The notes under the pieces are model-generated. The model was not told the DNA's origin, ran no database searches, and was given only the letters and a program-made list of their open reading frames with translations. The position numbers and the translations under genes were made by a program. A stretch of DNA of 64,000 nucleotides, taken from a virus. Of this stretch, positions 10,008-23,700 are shown in pieces. The stretch covers positions 1 through 64,000 of IMG/VR virus record IMGVR_UViG_3300023281_001622; one strand, given 5' to 3'. Position 1 is the first letter of the stretch. Each line of letters begins with the position of its first letter.

Positions 10008-10727
10008 ATGCCAGACGAAAAAGACAAATCTAAGAAGAAGAAGCTTACATTTAGACAAAACTTGCAGCGAATTAGCGAGAGGTCTAAGCAACAAAATGAA
10101 GACTTAAAAACGAAGGCCACAAAAGAAAGGTTCGATCGTCAACAAAGAGACATCTCCAATGGTCGTCAGGGTCTTAGCACGATGGATACACGAGATGCTA
10201 AACGTAATGCTTATGCAGATAATGCCCGTGACGCTAAAGAAGCTAATGGTGGCGAGCCTTTAGATGCTGTTCAACAGGAGTTGGTTAGACAGAAGACTGC
10301 TGTCCAGAATCAGAATCTGGATATGCGGAACTACAATGATCAGCTCACCAATAATGGTCGAGGTGAGAATGCTTTTTCACAAGGCAGAGCGGCTGCTAAT
10401 GCTCCCGATTCTGTAAAGCAGAGTGTTCGGGTTGCTAAATCTATCCGTAGAGACCTTCGTCTAGCACGACGTAACGCTATACGCATGGGGGACAGAGAAG
10501 CTGCTGCCAACCTTAGTATACAAGCTGCTGGAATGGGGCTACCTCTTACGGGAGTCCAACAGGCTGGATCTATGCACAAGCAGGCAGTTGGAAGCATGCA
10601 AAACAAGTTTGTTCAACAACTACAACAATTTAACAACCCACTAGCTGGAGGTAATGTTTTCCAAAAACCCAAGCCTTTCATGGATTTGGATCCTTTCAAA
10701 AAAAGGGGTGATGACGAAGGTCAGTAA
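10008..10727 (+). CDS. Putative internal virion protein (helical, Gln/Asn/Arg-rich)
   Basis: Composition and synteny before the giant protein. Confidence 0.4.
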   Translation: MPDEKDKSKKKKLTFRQNLQRISERSKQQNEDLKTKATKERFDRQQRDISNGRQGLSTMDTRDAKRNAYADNARDAKEANGGEPLDAVQQELVRQKTAVQNQNLDMRNYNDQLTNNGRGENAFSQGRAAANAPDSVKQSVRVAKSIRRDLRLARRNAIRMGDREAAANLSIQAAGMGLPLTGVQQAGSMHKQAVGSMQNKFVQQLQQFNNPLAGGNVFQKPKPFMDLDPFKKRGDDEGQ

Positions 10728-10777
10728 TACGCATTTTACACACTTAACAGCACACAGCTAACACATACACAAATAAT

Positions 10778-11722
10778 ATGGGATATCCAAGGAAGCTTAG
10801 ATCGCAAGCAAATGCTATGGGTAGCGATGGTCAGTTTAACTTTTCAGCTGCTGGTGGGACAAACATGCCTACTGCTATAGGCGCTATCAATGACAGCATC
10901 AGACAGAGTGCTAAAGATAATGCAATGATTCGTAAAGAGATGGAGGATGCTGAACAGCATGATTGGCGTGTTGCGAATGCTAATGACTCTTATCAAGCCA
11001 TAAACGATTTAGACCCAGAATCAGATGATTACTTGGCGCAACTAAGTGATTTAGATCCACGTGTTACTTCCCTGCCTGGCGTTGCATCCAAACTACAACT
11101 ACAAGGCCAACTTCATGCTGCATGGAAGGCTGAAGACACCAAGCGTAAGGAAAATGAAGAGACAATGTGGGAAGGGATGTTTAACGATGCTCGCAAATTC
11201 GGAACTAGGGATGACGTGGATGCGCTTAACGAGATGCGCAAAGACAAGTCTTTAGGCTACGAAGATGCACGTAAATTTTTAGGTGGTCAAGGTGGGGTGT
11301 ATGAAAATAAGGATAAATTTGAGGCAAAGGGAAGATCAGACGCTGAGTATGAGAATAGCAGGTTGAAAACTGAGGAAGAATACGCACGTGGTGTGGATAG
11401 ATTAGATAAAAAATATAAAGGCAAACTAGGAAAGCGTGATGCTTTAGAAAGAAGAATAGCTGCTGCAGAGATAGCTAAAGACACTATTGATGCAGCTGTA
11501 GAGGTCAAAAAAATAACAGCTAAGGAGGGGGAGGTAATCACGGAAGAACAAAAACAACACAGGCTTGATAAAACCTTGGAGCGTCTCCGTGAAGAGTTGG
11601 AGAACTTGGGATTAAAGGATTATGATGACGCTATGGATGCCTTGGACAAGGGACGTGATGATTTTTACGCTCCTGAAGGTAAGGCAAACAAAAAGGCATC
11701 AGTTGATGCAGTCTTTAATTAA
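10778..11722 (+). CDS. Putative internal virion protein (coiled-coil)
   Basis: Charged helical sequence immediately upstream of the 4321-aa gene. Confidence 0.4.
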   Translation: MGYPRKLRSQANAMGSDGQFNFSAAGGTNMPTAIGAINDSIRQSAKDNAMIRKEMEDAEQHDWRVANANDSYQAINDLDPESDDYLAQLSDLDPRVTSLPGVASKLQLQGQLHAAWKAEDTKRKENEETMWEGMFNDARKFGTRDDVDALNEMRKDKSLGYEDARKFLGGQGGVYENKDKFEAKGRSDAEYENSRLKTEEEYARGVDRLDKKYKGKLGKRDALERRIAAAEIAKDTIDAAVEVKKITAKEGEVITEEQKQHRLDKTLERLREELENLGLKDYDDAMDALDKGRDDFYAPEGKANKKASVDAVFN

Positions 11723-11758
11723 TAGCTCGAGTAATAAACTTATTTTACAACATTACTA

Positions 11759-14700
11759 ATGTTAGAAGAAGACAATGAGCAAGATGATGACCTGGATCTA
11801 GAAGTTGAGCAACCAGACCCTTTGACCCCACTTAGGGAGAAGAAACTCACTTTTGAGGACATAGCTACACGTCCAGAGTTTCAATCGGCTGATCTAGACA
11901 CTCGCTTAGGGTATATTGACAACTTGGCTAAGCACAACAAGTCCCTGTTTGAAGGGCAGGATGCTGAGGAGGATAATCTTTATATAGATGCTCAAACACA
12001 GCTACAACAGAGGCTAGTGAGCTCTGCTGATGCAATGAAGAACGCTCCCGAGTGGAGCAAGGAGCATCACAAGATGAGCTACGATACGCTCGTAGAGTTT
12101 TACGACTCAGACAAGACTCAAGAGGACTTTGATAAGTTTGAGTATCAGCAGGCTGAAGTGAATCAAAACTTAAGAATGGGTGAGTATAGCCAATACTTAA
12201 AACCACTCAAGTCTGGTGCTGATTCCGTAGAGATGGAAGTGGGTGGTGAAGTGGCGTCTCTTACAGACTTCTCTGATGCTAAAAGCAGGGTTGAGAACGG
12301 AGAGTTTGTATACTTAGCCACAGACGATTACATATCTAATACAGAAGACGGCTACATTGATCCTGACATGCCAGCTAACATTGGTAGGGCATATGATGCT
12401 GAGAATGACGTATGGAATGAGGATGTAACACTCAATAACGTCAAGCGCATGAGTGCTGATGAGGAGGTGAAATGGGCTGAGGATATCGTCAATGCAATAT
12501 CTGGAATTGAAGACGTCGAGACTTTGCAGTCTAAGATAGTTGAGATGGGTGCTACTAGATCCCAGATCACAAAGCGTGTTGGTATGGGCTTACTGTCTCT
12601 GAATACTGGCGAATACTTACTCAACTCGCTTTATGATGATTCGGCTATGTCATCTGAATACGGCAGTGAAGATGATTTCAATGAGTTTTTATCACGTAGT
12701 CCCGAGGCGTCAGAGAAGTATAAGCAGGCAGTAACACGATACAACTCTCGCAATGGAGAGAACTCTTTTTATGTTAAGCCATTACAGTGGTTGGGCAACA
12801 CAGCTGTCGATATTTTAGGAGATGATGTGGATTCTGCTGAGTTAGCGGCCTTCGGCAATCTTCAACAGCAGTATGCACAAGACTGGGTGTCTCGCAACAA
12901 AGACAAAGCTGGGGTCACTCGTGATGACATTAAGGCGGTGTATGGTGAGGAAGGTAACATCAAGAAGGATTTAGGGGTCACTGGTTGGCAGGAGCTTAAA
13001 GAAACATGGCGCGGTGCTATACAGAACGCTTTTGGTAGCACAATTGGTATTGTTGGAGGTGCTGGGGGTGGTTTAATTGCCCGCTATGGTGATGAGACTT
13101 CTGCATTGGCTGACAAGATGCTTAGATTAAACACCCTCTCTGCCAAGGATTGGTGGTCTGGGCTTAAGCAAAACTTTAAGGGCGCTACTTTCGAAGAACA
13201 TAAAAAACACGAGAGCAAGGTTGATAAAACATTCTTTGAGTGGCAGTCACATTACGACAACAAGCCAAGACACATGAATGCTGAGCAGCAGGCTGCTTGG
13301 GAGGCAGAGACCACAGTTTTGGTGGATAGACTTGCCGAAGAGTCAATGGCGCGTGCTACGGCTTATTTTGGTGATGAAGCTGGCAATGTTGATGATTACA
13401 ATATTCTGAAGACTCCTGATCTTTTGGCAGAAGCTTCGGCTTATGCGTCTAATGCCAATCCTAAGTCTCTGGAGCGCATGCAGTCTATCTTGAGAGTGAA
13501 CCCCACCACTCGAGGATACAGGAACGAGAGAGATGACTTTGCTCTGTCATTGGGCACTGACGGAATGAATAAGTTGGCACAAGGTTACTTTGGTGGTCAC
13601 ACAGCTGGTTGGCAAGAGCTTGGCGTAGAGGTGGCTTCAATGGCAACTGGTTATGCAGGAGCTAAGATGATCTTGAAGGCACGCAAGGCTACTAGGTTTG
13701 CCACCTTGGCTCAAACAGCTCCTAAAGAGGCTGTACAGAAGATGTTGAAGCAGGATGCTTTGATGCTTACTAAGAAAGGTAAGTTCATCAAGGCAGCATC
13801 CCGTGCGAAGTATCCAGCTGCATTGATCCCCGCTTCATTGGCTGAGGGTGCAGAGGAAGGTGTTGTTGAGCTGGGCAACCCAGACATTACATGGGATAGC
13901 TTCAAGCATGCGGTGAAGCAAGGTATGATGGGAGGCGCTGGTTTGGGTGTTCCTGTCACTGCTATTGCTGCCCACCAAACCATTAAAAACGAACAAGCTA
14001 ATCGTGATTTTGTATTAGGAGAGAAGCTTGGTGAGTTGGTGGTGGAGGAACGCGATGCAATTATTGGTAAGCTCATAGAATCTGATGCGAACTTAACTGC
14101 CGAGGCTCTTTACGACGCTGAAGATGCTAGACAAGAAATCAGATCCAACACAATCAGTGTCGATGACTTGGAGTTTACACAGTCTGAGCGTGCTGCTCGA
14201 TTTGAGGATGCACGCGGCAACTATCAAGAAGCAAAGAAGGCATCGGATGCTGCTCCGCAGGATGAAGCACTAAAACAAGAAGCTGCTGCGGCTTTCACTT
14301 ATGCTGTAACGGCTAAGCAGATGTATGAGGAGTCCACTCAGGCACTGATTGATGCTGGTAAGATAGATTTACAGTCTAAAGAAGGTGCGGTGAATCCTGG
14401 AGATACAAAGTCTTCTCCGAAAGCTACACAGGCACGTTCATCAAGCTTACCCGCCACTTCTCTGCCTGTAGCAGAACAGAAAGGAACTGGCGGGAAAGGG
14501 ACAGGATCTAGCAAAAGCAATCCCACTGTTGATAATCTCTCTGATAGTGCTGAAACAAGGCTGGAAAACGAGCAAGATGAGTCTGCTTGGCAGGAGGCTA
14601 AATCAAAATACAACATCACTTTTGTGGAAGGTGGTCGCAAGCAAACTGCACAGGCTTTTATGAAGGCTGCACAGCAGATTCAAAGAGATTTGAATAGCAA

Positions 14701-17700
14701 GGATCCATCTGTTGTTGAAGCTGCTAGGAATGAAGCGCGGGTGTTGGGCGCTAAGCAAAGAGCACGCGCAAAATACGCACGTAAAACGGGAGGCGATGCA
14801 GTGGCGGGTATTATTGCTGAGGAAGCTGATAAGTTTGAAGCTCTTGCTTCTGGGTCAACGACATCCCCTGCACAAACACAGGACACAACCCCGCCTACAC
14901 CTACACCTCCACCTACAGTGACTGCTGAAGAGCGAGCTGCTGAGGATGCTCGTATTGATCAGGAGGCGGGCGAGGCAACAGCAGAGACTGATGCACCTGA
15001 AGTTCAACGTCCTGGGTCACGTTTGAAGGTGACTAAGAAGAAAGCTGTTAAGCAAGAGCCTACGACAACACCGCAGGTTGGGGAAACAAGGACTGTCTAC
15101 AAGCCTGACGGAACGCCTGTCGAGGTGAGTGTTACCGCTGTAAGCGACAGTGGAGCGTATAGGGGCGACACGCAAAGTGGAGAGAACATCTTGGCTTCAG
15201 GCGTTGATCATTTTGAACAAAACCCAACAACTGAAGACAGGGCAATTGTTTCATCTGATATAAGCACTACCAAGAAGTTTCAAGGCGTTAAGATGTCGGA
15301 GCTTTCTGATGCTGATTTAGCAACTGCTGATAATGTTCTTACTGAGAGGATTGCAAAAAGGCCTAATGGTAAACAAGCTGCTGATTTTGCTAGTAGAGCG
15401 GACTTAACAGCTATTAAGGCTGAGGTGGCACGAAGAGCTTCAGCCACTTCACAGGACACTGTTGGCATTGCTGAACCTGAGACTTCTACGCAGGAAGAAC
15501 CAGCTTTTGTGAATCTCCTACTCAATGCAGAACAAGAGCGCGAGCAGGAATCTTCTGGTGTTGCTTCTGTCAGTGCAGAACAAGAGCGCGAGCAGGAGTC
15601 TAATGATTCTTCAGAATCTGATAGTGTTGATGTTTTAGATACACAGCACAACAGTTTGTCTGATGCTGTAAAGATAGCTACGGATGTGTTGGATGCTCCA
15701 CAAAATGAAGAGCAAACGGGAGTAAGCTTTAAGGCTATGGTGCAATCTATGGCGCCAGGCTTAGACTTGTCTAATATTGATGTTCAATTCACAGATGGGG
15801 ACACCACTTTAGGGATTGTTCCTTATGCCTATGCAGACGGACGACAAGCTGATAAGTATACAATTAAGGTTTCAAGAAAGTGGAGAGAACGTTTAGCCAA
15901 GCATGTTGGTGTTGATGATTATTCTAAAGCCACTCCAGCTCAGAAGCGCTTGGTTGCTCTGTGGGTGGCACGTGCTGTTGATGAGGAAACACGACACGTA
16001 GTTCTCTTTAAAAACACAACACCAGAGCAGCGTGCAGAGATAGCTAAGGATATTCTCGCGGATAAGAAGGCCGTTGAAGTGTTGGGCTTGTATTTTAAAA
16101 GGGAAGGTTCTCTCGAGCAACAGGAGAACGAAGATGATGCAAACTTCCATAACCGCATTGTTGCTGAGTTCATAAACATCGTGCAACAACGTGCTGTATA
16201 CGGGTTGAGCAACTCGGAGTTCATGAACATGGTGGCTGGTCTTTCTGACTCGGTAAGAAAGTTTGTCAGCAGTATATTGCAGCAATTAAAAGCTTATTTG
16301 ACTGGCAGGCAGGATGTAGAATACTCCCCTGTTGTCCAAGATCACATCAATAAGTTGAACAAAGCAATTGATGTCGTCATGCGTGATAAATCGGCACAGG
16401 TGCAGAATGTTCTTCCGACAGAAGAGTTCGTGCCAGCTAAGTTTGATTATCTTCCTCAGCGTGGGGTTGAGCAAGAGCAAGATTTAGAATTAGATTACCT
16501 GCGCAGCGTTAATGATTCGCTGTTGCGTCCTGTAGCTGGGGCTGACTTGGATACGATTGATGGGGCTTTTGGTGTGAATGCACAGGGCAATTTGTTTATT
16601 AGACTTTCAGCTCAGGTGTTGAAGCAAGTTCAGGCTAGGCTTGCAGATGTGGAGGCAATGAAAGCTCTACAATTAAAAAGAGCATTTCCAAGTCTTGCAA
16701 CAGTTGTTGCTAATTTTAATAGCCGTAAGGTTTTTGTTAATGCTGTGTCTATCATTGTTGATTACACTAAAAGTGCTTCTGTAAAGGCAGATGTTATCTA
16801 CAAGAGATACACTAATGCCGTGCATAGTTATAGGAGTGCTTACGATAAGTGGCAAGCCTTGCATGAAGACAAGGTCGCTGAGGCTGCCCCATTGAAGGCA
16901 GCTTACGAAAAGTCAAAGTCCGAGGGCAAAGAAGACACGGATTTATTAGATGAATGGTTGCGGGTTGTAGATGATCCAGCTGTGGATCAGGCGCGTAGAG
17001 GCGTGGAGAGGTTGCATACTGAGTTGCTTCTAGCAGAGAATGCTATGCCCAAATCTTTTAGGCGAGCTATGTCTACAGTGATGCAGGTTGCTGGTTTGGC
17101 TAAGTCAGCCCCTTCTGTTGAATATCTAAAACAACGTGGTTTGGCACTAGGCGCTTCGGTTGAAGCACGACTGGAAAGACAGGCTTTGAGAGAGAGAGCT
17201 TTGCAGGCTGTTAAGCCTATGATTCGATTTTTTGAGAACCTAAACTTAACCCCTTTTCTGGGAAACAGCATAAGAAACCATGCTCCTACAAAAGCTCTGA
17301 TGCGTTTCAATGATGGCAACTTGGACATTGCTGAACTGGGCTTTTTGATGAGCAGGCTAGCTAGGCAAGAAGTGTTTGTCACTATCACTCCACGCATGGT
17401 GGCTGACATGATCGGAGTCAAGAATCGCATCATAAGGATGCAGAAGGAAGGTGGCAAATACGACACTAAGAATGATGTTATTTTGAAACGTATTGACGCT
17501 GTTTTAGATCACAAGATTGTAAAGTCTATGGATCAGTCTGAGATTGATCGTCACTATGCTTCTGATGTTTTTGCTAGTGACAACTTTGGAACGTCCGTGT
17601 TTTTCCTGAGAAAGGATGATACTTTGCGGAAAGATGGAAAGATATCGTATCAGCTCAGCCCTCAGCATTTGGGCGAGTTCGAGGCTGAAGCTTTTAATCA

Positions 17701-20700
17701 GAAACGTGCCGCTGATGTGAGATATACGATGGGAGCAAACTACTCTGGTCGCATACACAGAGCACACAAGTTGGGTAATATCAGCTTAACTTACAAACAA
17801 GCCGTTGAGCGAGGTGATCCAGCAGCTCCACTCACTATAGGCTTGGAGGGCACATCACGAAAGAGTGAAGGAGCTCCAGCTTTGTTGCAGGCTATTGCGG
17901 ACACTTTGTTGGTAGACGAGATGGGTGTGCCCAACGACAATAAAGCTGACGCTAATAAAGTTGCTATCCCTTTTCCTGGATACATTAAAAAAGGGGCTAA
18001 GAATCCAAACATACAACTTGAGTGGACTAAGGCTATAGGGAAGTTTTTTAGGCTTATTAGCGCACAAAACTTAACTGACGAGCAGAAATCATTACACCCA
18101 GTTTCACAATATGCTGACGCCATCCTAGAGTTGGCTATACAGCACTATAAGAACCCTTCTATTTACAACTACAACAACCTGATGTTTAGGGTTATGAACC
18201 TTTCTGACTTGGTTGTTGAGATGAAGAAACAGGTTGTCAATCAACAGCAGTCAATTGGCGAGTATCGTTTAGATTTCCGTATGTTGGAGAACATTGAGAG
18301 GCAGGTGCAGAAAGCCAATGTTTCAAACATAAACCCATTACAATTAGAGCAGTTGTTGGATACCAATACCAGTGTCGATGCGGCCACCGCAGTGATATAC
18401 AAGGAAGGTGAGAGCAGTGAGTTGTTTACAAACAAGGACGACAGTAACAAACAGACTGAATTGAATGAACAAGCTCGTGTTCATGGCTTGGATTACAAGT
18501 CTACTGAAAAAGAGGCAGCGCAGAAACGTAGCTTGATGTTGGCTGTTCTGTTTGATTTAGACATCCGCAAAGCTAAAGATTGGGCCGCTGGATTCAACTC
18601 AACACGCGCTTTGGATGCACATCTGTTCGAGAAGTTGGACGATGCTGTTGTCATGTATAACTCTACAACTACTTCCACTGAGAGAATACAGCTTGCTGAG
18701 TTGCTAGGGGCTGTAACCATGACCGAGGGGCGCAATGCTGACTTTTATACAGCTTTGCGAGGCATGTCCGAAGAACGACAGCTGCAAGCATTGAGAACGG
18801 CTCTTGAACTAGACAAAGAGCAACTTAATTCGGGTGGTTGGAGCAAGTCTTCTGTTGCTTCCTTGATCGAGCACTCACAGTCTGAACAGGCTATCGTCGG
18901 CTTGAAAGGCAAAGGTAGCTACGGCAAGGTGGTTATGACTCGTCTCCTTGATTACATACAGCGTTACAATTTGGATGAGGTTTTCATTACATCTTTCATC
19001 AACAACGGCAAGGAACACAGACGAGTGGTAGGTGGTGTGACAACACTTGAACACCTGATGGAGCAGACAGGTCGAAAGAGGGCTGTTGTTAATAATATCA
19101 TTGGGATAATGAAGGGCGTAAGGCGTGCTCGTGCTGACGTTAATCAACTTACACAGGACATTACAATACAGGAAGCCAAGATTAAAGAGCTCACTGATAA
19201 AGGTATTACTGAGAAAGAACTAGATGACGCTGCAAACTTGCAGGTCATTGGGAGTTACATAATGAACCTGCCTCCTGGAAAGGTGGATACCCCTACATTC
19301 AGGAAGTTGTTTGGTCGTGTAGGGGCTCTTGATAGCACTGAATCCACTACGCAGGAGTTTCTGGGGTCTTTGCTGTCAGAAAAATACGGTGATGTGACAG
19401 TTGTTGTTTACGATGCTAGTGGGCTCAACAAGAAAGACGTTGGTTATGAGACTAATCACTTATTATTGAACGAAGCTGGCGAGGTGAAGGCTATTTTGAT
19501 GGAAGGGGTTGATGGACACTTCTCTACTGGAGCTGAGAAGATTGTCAGTCAATTGACAGTGCATGCTTTGCAGGCTGGTCTCACTGAGGAAACAACACAC
19601 TCACTTGACAACTTGAAGCTTGCTCTTGATCAATACTTCGCAGGTGATTTTATTGAAGTTCAGACTCAAGCTGAGGTAAGGGCTTTGATGGAGATGCAGA
19701 CCAAGGTGACTACATTGGATGAGTCTATTTTTGATGACTACAAGCAGAGATCACACCATTGGCAAGTGAGGCAATTAGAGTCTATCAATGCTGACTTAGC
19801 TAAAGTTATGGGCTGGGGCAAGGCTACTGGTGATATGTATACGCACTTCAGCGAAATGTCTAATGTGGACTTTATTATGGCTACTTTGCTTAACGACAGG
19901 ATGAGGCACTACGTCGGGCATATAGCAGCAGGCAACACTACTTTTAACGCTACATCTTCTGCAATTAGTGAGGAGTCTATTGCGAACGCAAATACGTATC
20001 TGGAAGTGGGTAAATTTGATGCCTTCTCGGCTGATAACTCAGCTATTGAGCAAGACATGCTGTCTAATGTTGGCGAGGAACTAACTGATGAAGAGTCTGC
20101 TAATTTAGGTGCTGGAGCATCTGCTGATACACAGTTTGGCATTTCTCCAGGCACAACATATCTTTCTACCTACTATAAGGATGACAGCGCAGTGAGCGTG
20201 TTCCCTCAAATTGTTGGCTTTGCGTTTGATATGATTGCTGCTAGCGACGCGGTGGCTGCAACACCTTCAATAGATTACAAAGGACAAAGGGACGCACAGT
20301 CTGATTCGATTCCTTCAGCACACAGTGTAACTGACTTCTTTGATTACACGTTCAAAGAGAAGCAAATCAAAAAGTCAAAGCAAACAGCTCGTGAAAGGAT
20401 TTGGTTTGGTATAGCGGAATTTAATAAAGAAGACCGCTGGGTTTCTATAAATCATACGAATTACGCAACTCCTGACTCGGGCCTTGTGAATAGCACTGAG
20501 TTACGCATGTATCGTGACGCAAAAAGAGCTGCTTTAGAGGTGTATGATGCCTTTAAGGCTAAAATTGATGATCTCAGAAAAACTCAAGAGTCTATAGCAA
20601 AGGCGCTTGCAGATTATGATGTTAGCGACACGCCGTTTTTCATCGTTGATCCTACAGACATGATGCATGCTCACTTGAAGCGGGATTATGCAGCAGTAAC

Positions 20701-23700
20701 TGCTCGTCTAAGTAGAGCTGAGTCTTCATTAGCTGGTAGGTTACGTGACGACTACGCTGAAGGCAAAGCCATTGAAGTTGGCTTAGAACAATACGAGACA
20801 CGGGTGTTGCAGGAGCGCAGCTACAATCGCAGAGCGTTTAAGAATAACCAGCAGTCTAAAGAGATGGCTGTGCAGAGCTCACTGTATAAATCCCCTAGTG
20901 ATTTCAATTTACAATTACAGTCCACTGTCGATCGTATTTTGCAACAAAGCAACAAGCTCGTTGATGGGGACGTGAATAACCGTTATGCTGAGGAGGAAAG
21001 CGTGCCTTTGCCACAAAACGTGGTGAACATAAATGACGACGCAAGCACTTCAGGGTCTGTAGTGCCACAGGTGACTGGATCAAATACTGGTAATGCTGTT
21101 CCTTCACACAGTGCTGTTCCGTCTGTGTCTGGAGTGGAGCAATCCCCACAGGCTGAGATCGAGGCTGAGGAATACACGCAGAGGGTGAAGAAGCGTCTCT
21201 ACAATACAAATGGTAGATACAAAAAGCTTATGGATGAGTCTCCCAATCACCCACAAGCTGTTGAGGTGAATGGTCTTATTTCTACGTTGGCTGATATAGC
21301 TACCAATAAGTCATTTAGGATGGAGGTGCGCAATCAGGCTAACTCCACTTTATCCTCTTTGATAGGAGGCAAGTGGTCGCAGTTTTCTAGTAATGCCAAT
21401 TACCTCAGGAGCTTATCACAAGCGCCAGCTATTATAGATCAGGTTGTGGATGGTCTTAATTTGAAACACAAATCAATTAAAAATAATCCTATATTCCGAC
21501 ATCAACAAGCAGGGATAGCAGACTTGTTTAGTAAAACCAATCAAGCTTTCAAGAGAGGCTTTATGATGATGGGTGAGCAAGACTTCGGTGTGCATGGCAA
21601 TGCTGGACGTATGCCATACAAGGTGAAACAGACCGATCTTACAGACAGGTTCACCAAAAGCTCTAACCGAGCAGGTGCTTTGTTTATGACACAGGCTTAC
21701 GTAGGGACTTTGATAACCAACGTGTCCAAAGGTGGGGCTAAGCAACAGAGAAAACAGGTGTTTCGCAACATGTCTGCTCTTATGGAGGGTGCTATAATTA
21801 ATATAAATAATGCCAAGTTTTTAGACAGGGAAACATTACAGCTGTCGGAGTATGCGCAAGATATTATAAACAAGGCTTTGTCATGGTTTGAGGCTAATGC
21901 AAAAGCCACACCACAGCAATTGCATGATTATTTAATGTCCACGCTGAAGGGCGAAAAAGCGGAGATAGCTAAAGGTGTTATTAAAGAAGCTGTAGAGTTT
22001 TTCCAAGCTAACCAAGCAGGCACTGAAATCAGAGCGGCTTTTCATGGTAAGGAAGTTGGAGCGTATGAACGATACCTGCCATACCGAGGGTTCGATTTGA
22101 ATAAAACTGCAGATCTAGGTTTGGATGGTGTTAATGCCGAGCAGTATGTTGATGTCAGTAAGTCTTTTGAGCGTTCACGTTTTGAGTTGAATGATGCTGA
22201 ACAAACTAGAGGTTTGGACTTCAATGCTTTGCGAGCAATTTTGTCAGGAACAAATGCCCAGCTTTACCATGCTTATACACATGATGCCCTTACAAAGGCT
22301 AGGTATGACTTTGGTGGTCTCGGAGTGCATTCAGGTATCAACTCCGCTATTCGCGCACAAGCAATGGCAGACAAGACTCTTAGTAGAGAGCAACAAAACG
22401 CATTGATACAGATGAGTGCCACCATGGCACAGGAAGTGGAGCGACAGCGTTTTAACGATTCCAGCCATAACCCACACGCAGGCAAAGTGCTTAATATTGC
22501 TAATAGCGCAGGGTCTGCTGGTTATGCAATTACGCTTTCAAGTTTACAGCAGGCCTTCTTACAAACTGTCCCAGGATATCTGGCTTATGTGATTAACCAC
22601 CCTATAAAAGGGGCAAAGCTCACAAAGAACCTGATTAAAATGGCATTTTCATTCACACAGGGACAGTCTAATCGTTTGGTTGGGTCTAGTTTTGATTCTT
22701 ACTTTGATGATGTCAGTGGTTTTATTAAGCAGATTGCGCCTGAGATTTATGCTCGTGGTGTTGATGGTATTGACGAATTGAAGCACGGAGCGAGTAAGTT
22801 GAACATGAATGAGATTCATTCTTTGACTGATGCCACTCTTGCTGCGGGAACACTCCCCTTCAAAGCAATGAAGACTTTGATGGATTTAGTGTTGCACGCC
22901 ACTACAGGAGCGCCTGATGCGTTTTTAGTGAGAGCTATTTATGCTACAGAGTTTGAAGCTCGCACTGGAAGGACTATTGGTTCCGACACATTTGACAACA
23001 TTACTGCTACAGATATAGAAGCCGCTATCATGTCAGATGTAATAGCATTGGATATTATGGCTCAGTCTGATTCTGGTAAAAAAGGTGACTTTTTCCAGCC
23101 TGTTCAGCGAGCGGATAAGGCTGGGGCAGCTCTTGAAGTGTTACGCAAATCCGCGGGGGTTTACGCTAACCATCTGCTCAGTAAATCTGCTATGCTGCCA
23201 GCTGCTTTTTCCATGTTGAGATCTAAGGATATGAAGTTGCAGGGTGCACGTATTATCTCTGATTGGACATTGCAAATTGTCTTGTTTAACGCACTGAAGA
23301 TAAGGAGTATTGCTTATCTTACTGGTATTGTTTTGACAGGCAAACCTAATGATGAAGATGAATGGGATGATCTCAATGCTAAGTTGGCATCGGGTGAGGG
23401 TCTTACGACGGATGAACAGAAGAGACACGCTTCATTGAAGGTTGAATTTGATGCCTATGATCAGGCTGTGCTGGAGAAACAAAATTCTGTTTTGGAGGCG
23501 TGGCATTCGGTTCCTGGCACTGGGAACAAGTCAAAACTATGGACAGGAGATGATTTCATGTATTCGGTGGGAATAAAATCTGCTGTTGAAATGACTGGTA
23601 TGCTCACTCCAGTAATGGCGATACCAGAAATTAATGGCTTGGTGTTGGATGGAGTGAAAGGGCTTACAGCTCGGGCAACTGGTATTGACTATGCAGGTCG

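Noticed and set aside
18540-18750. Two-barrel RNA polymerase catalytic motif in the giant protein (FDLDIR, NADFY)
   Set aside because: Neither completes DxDxD/NADFDGD; virion RNAP identity is unsupported by eye
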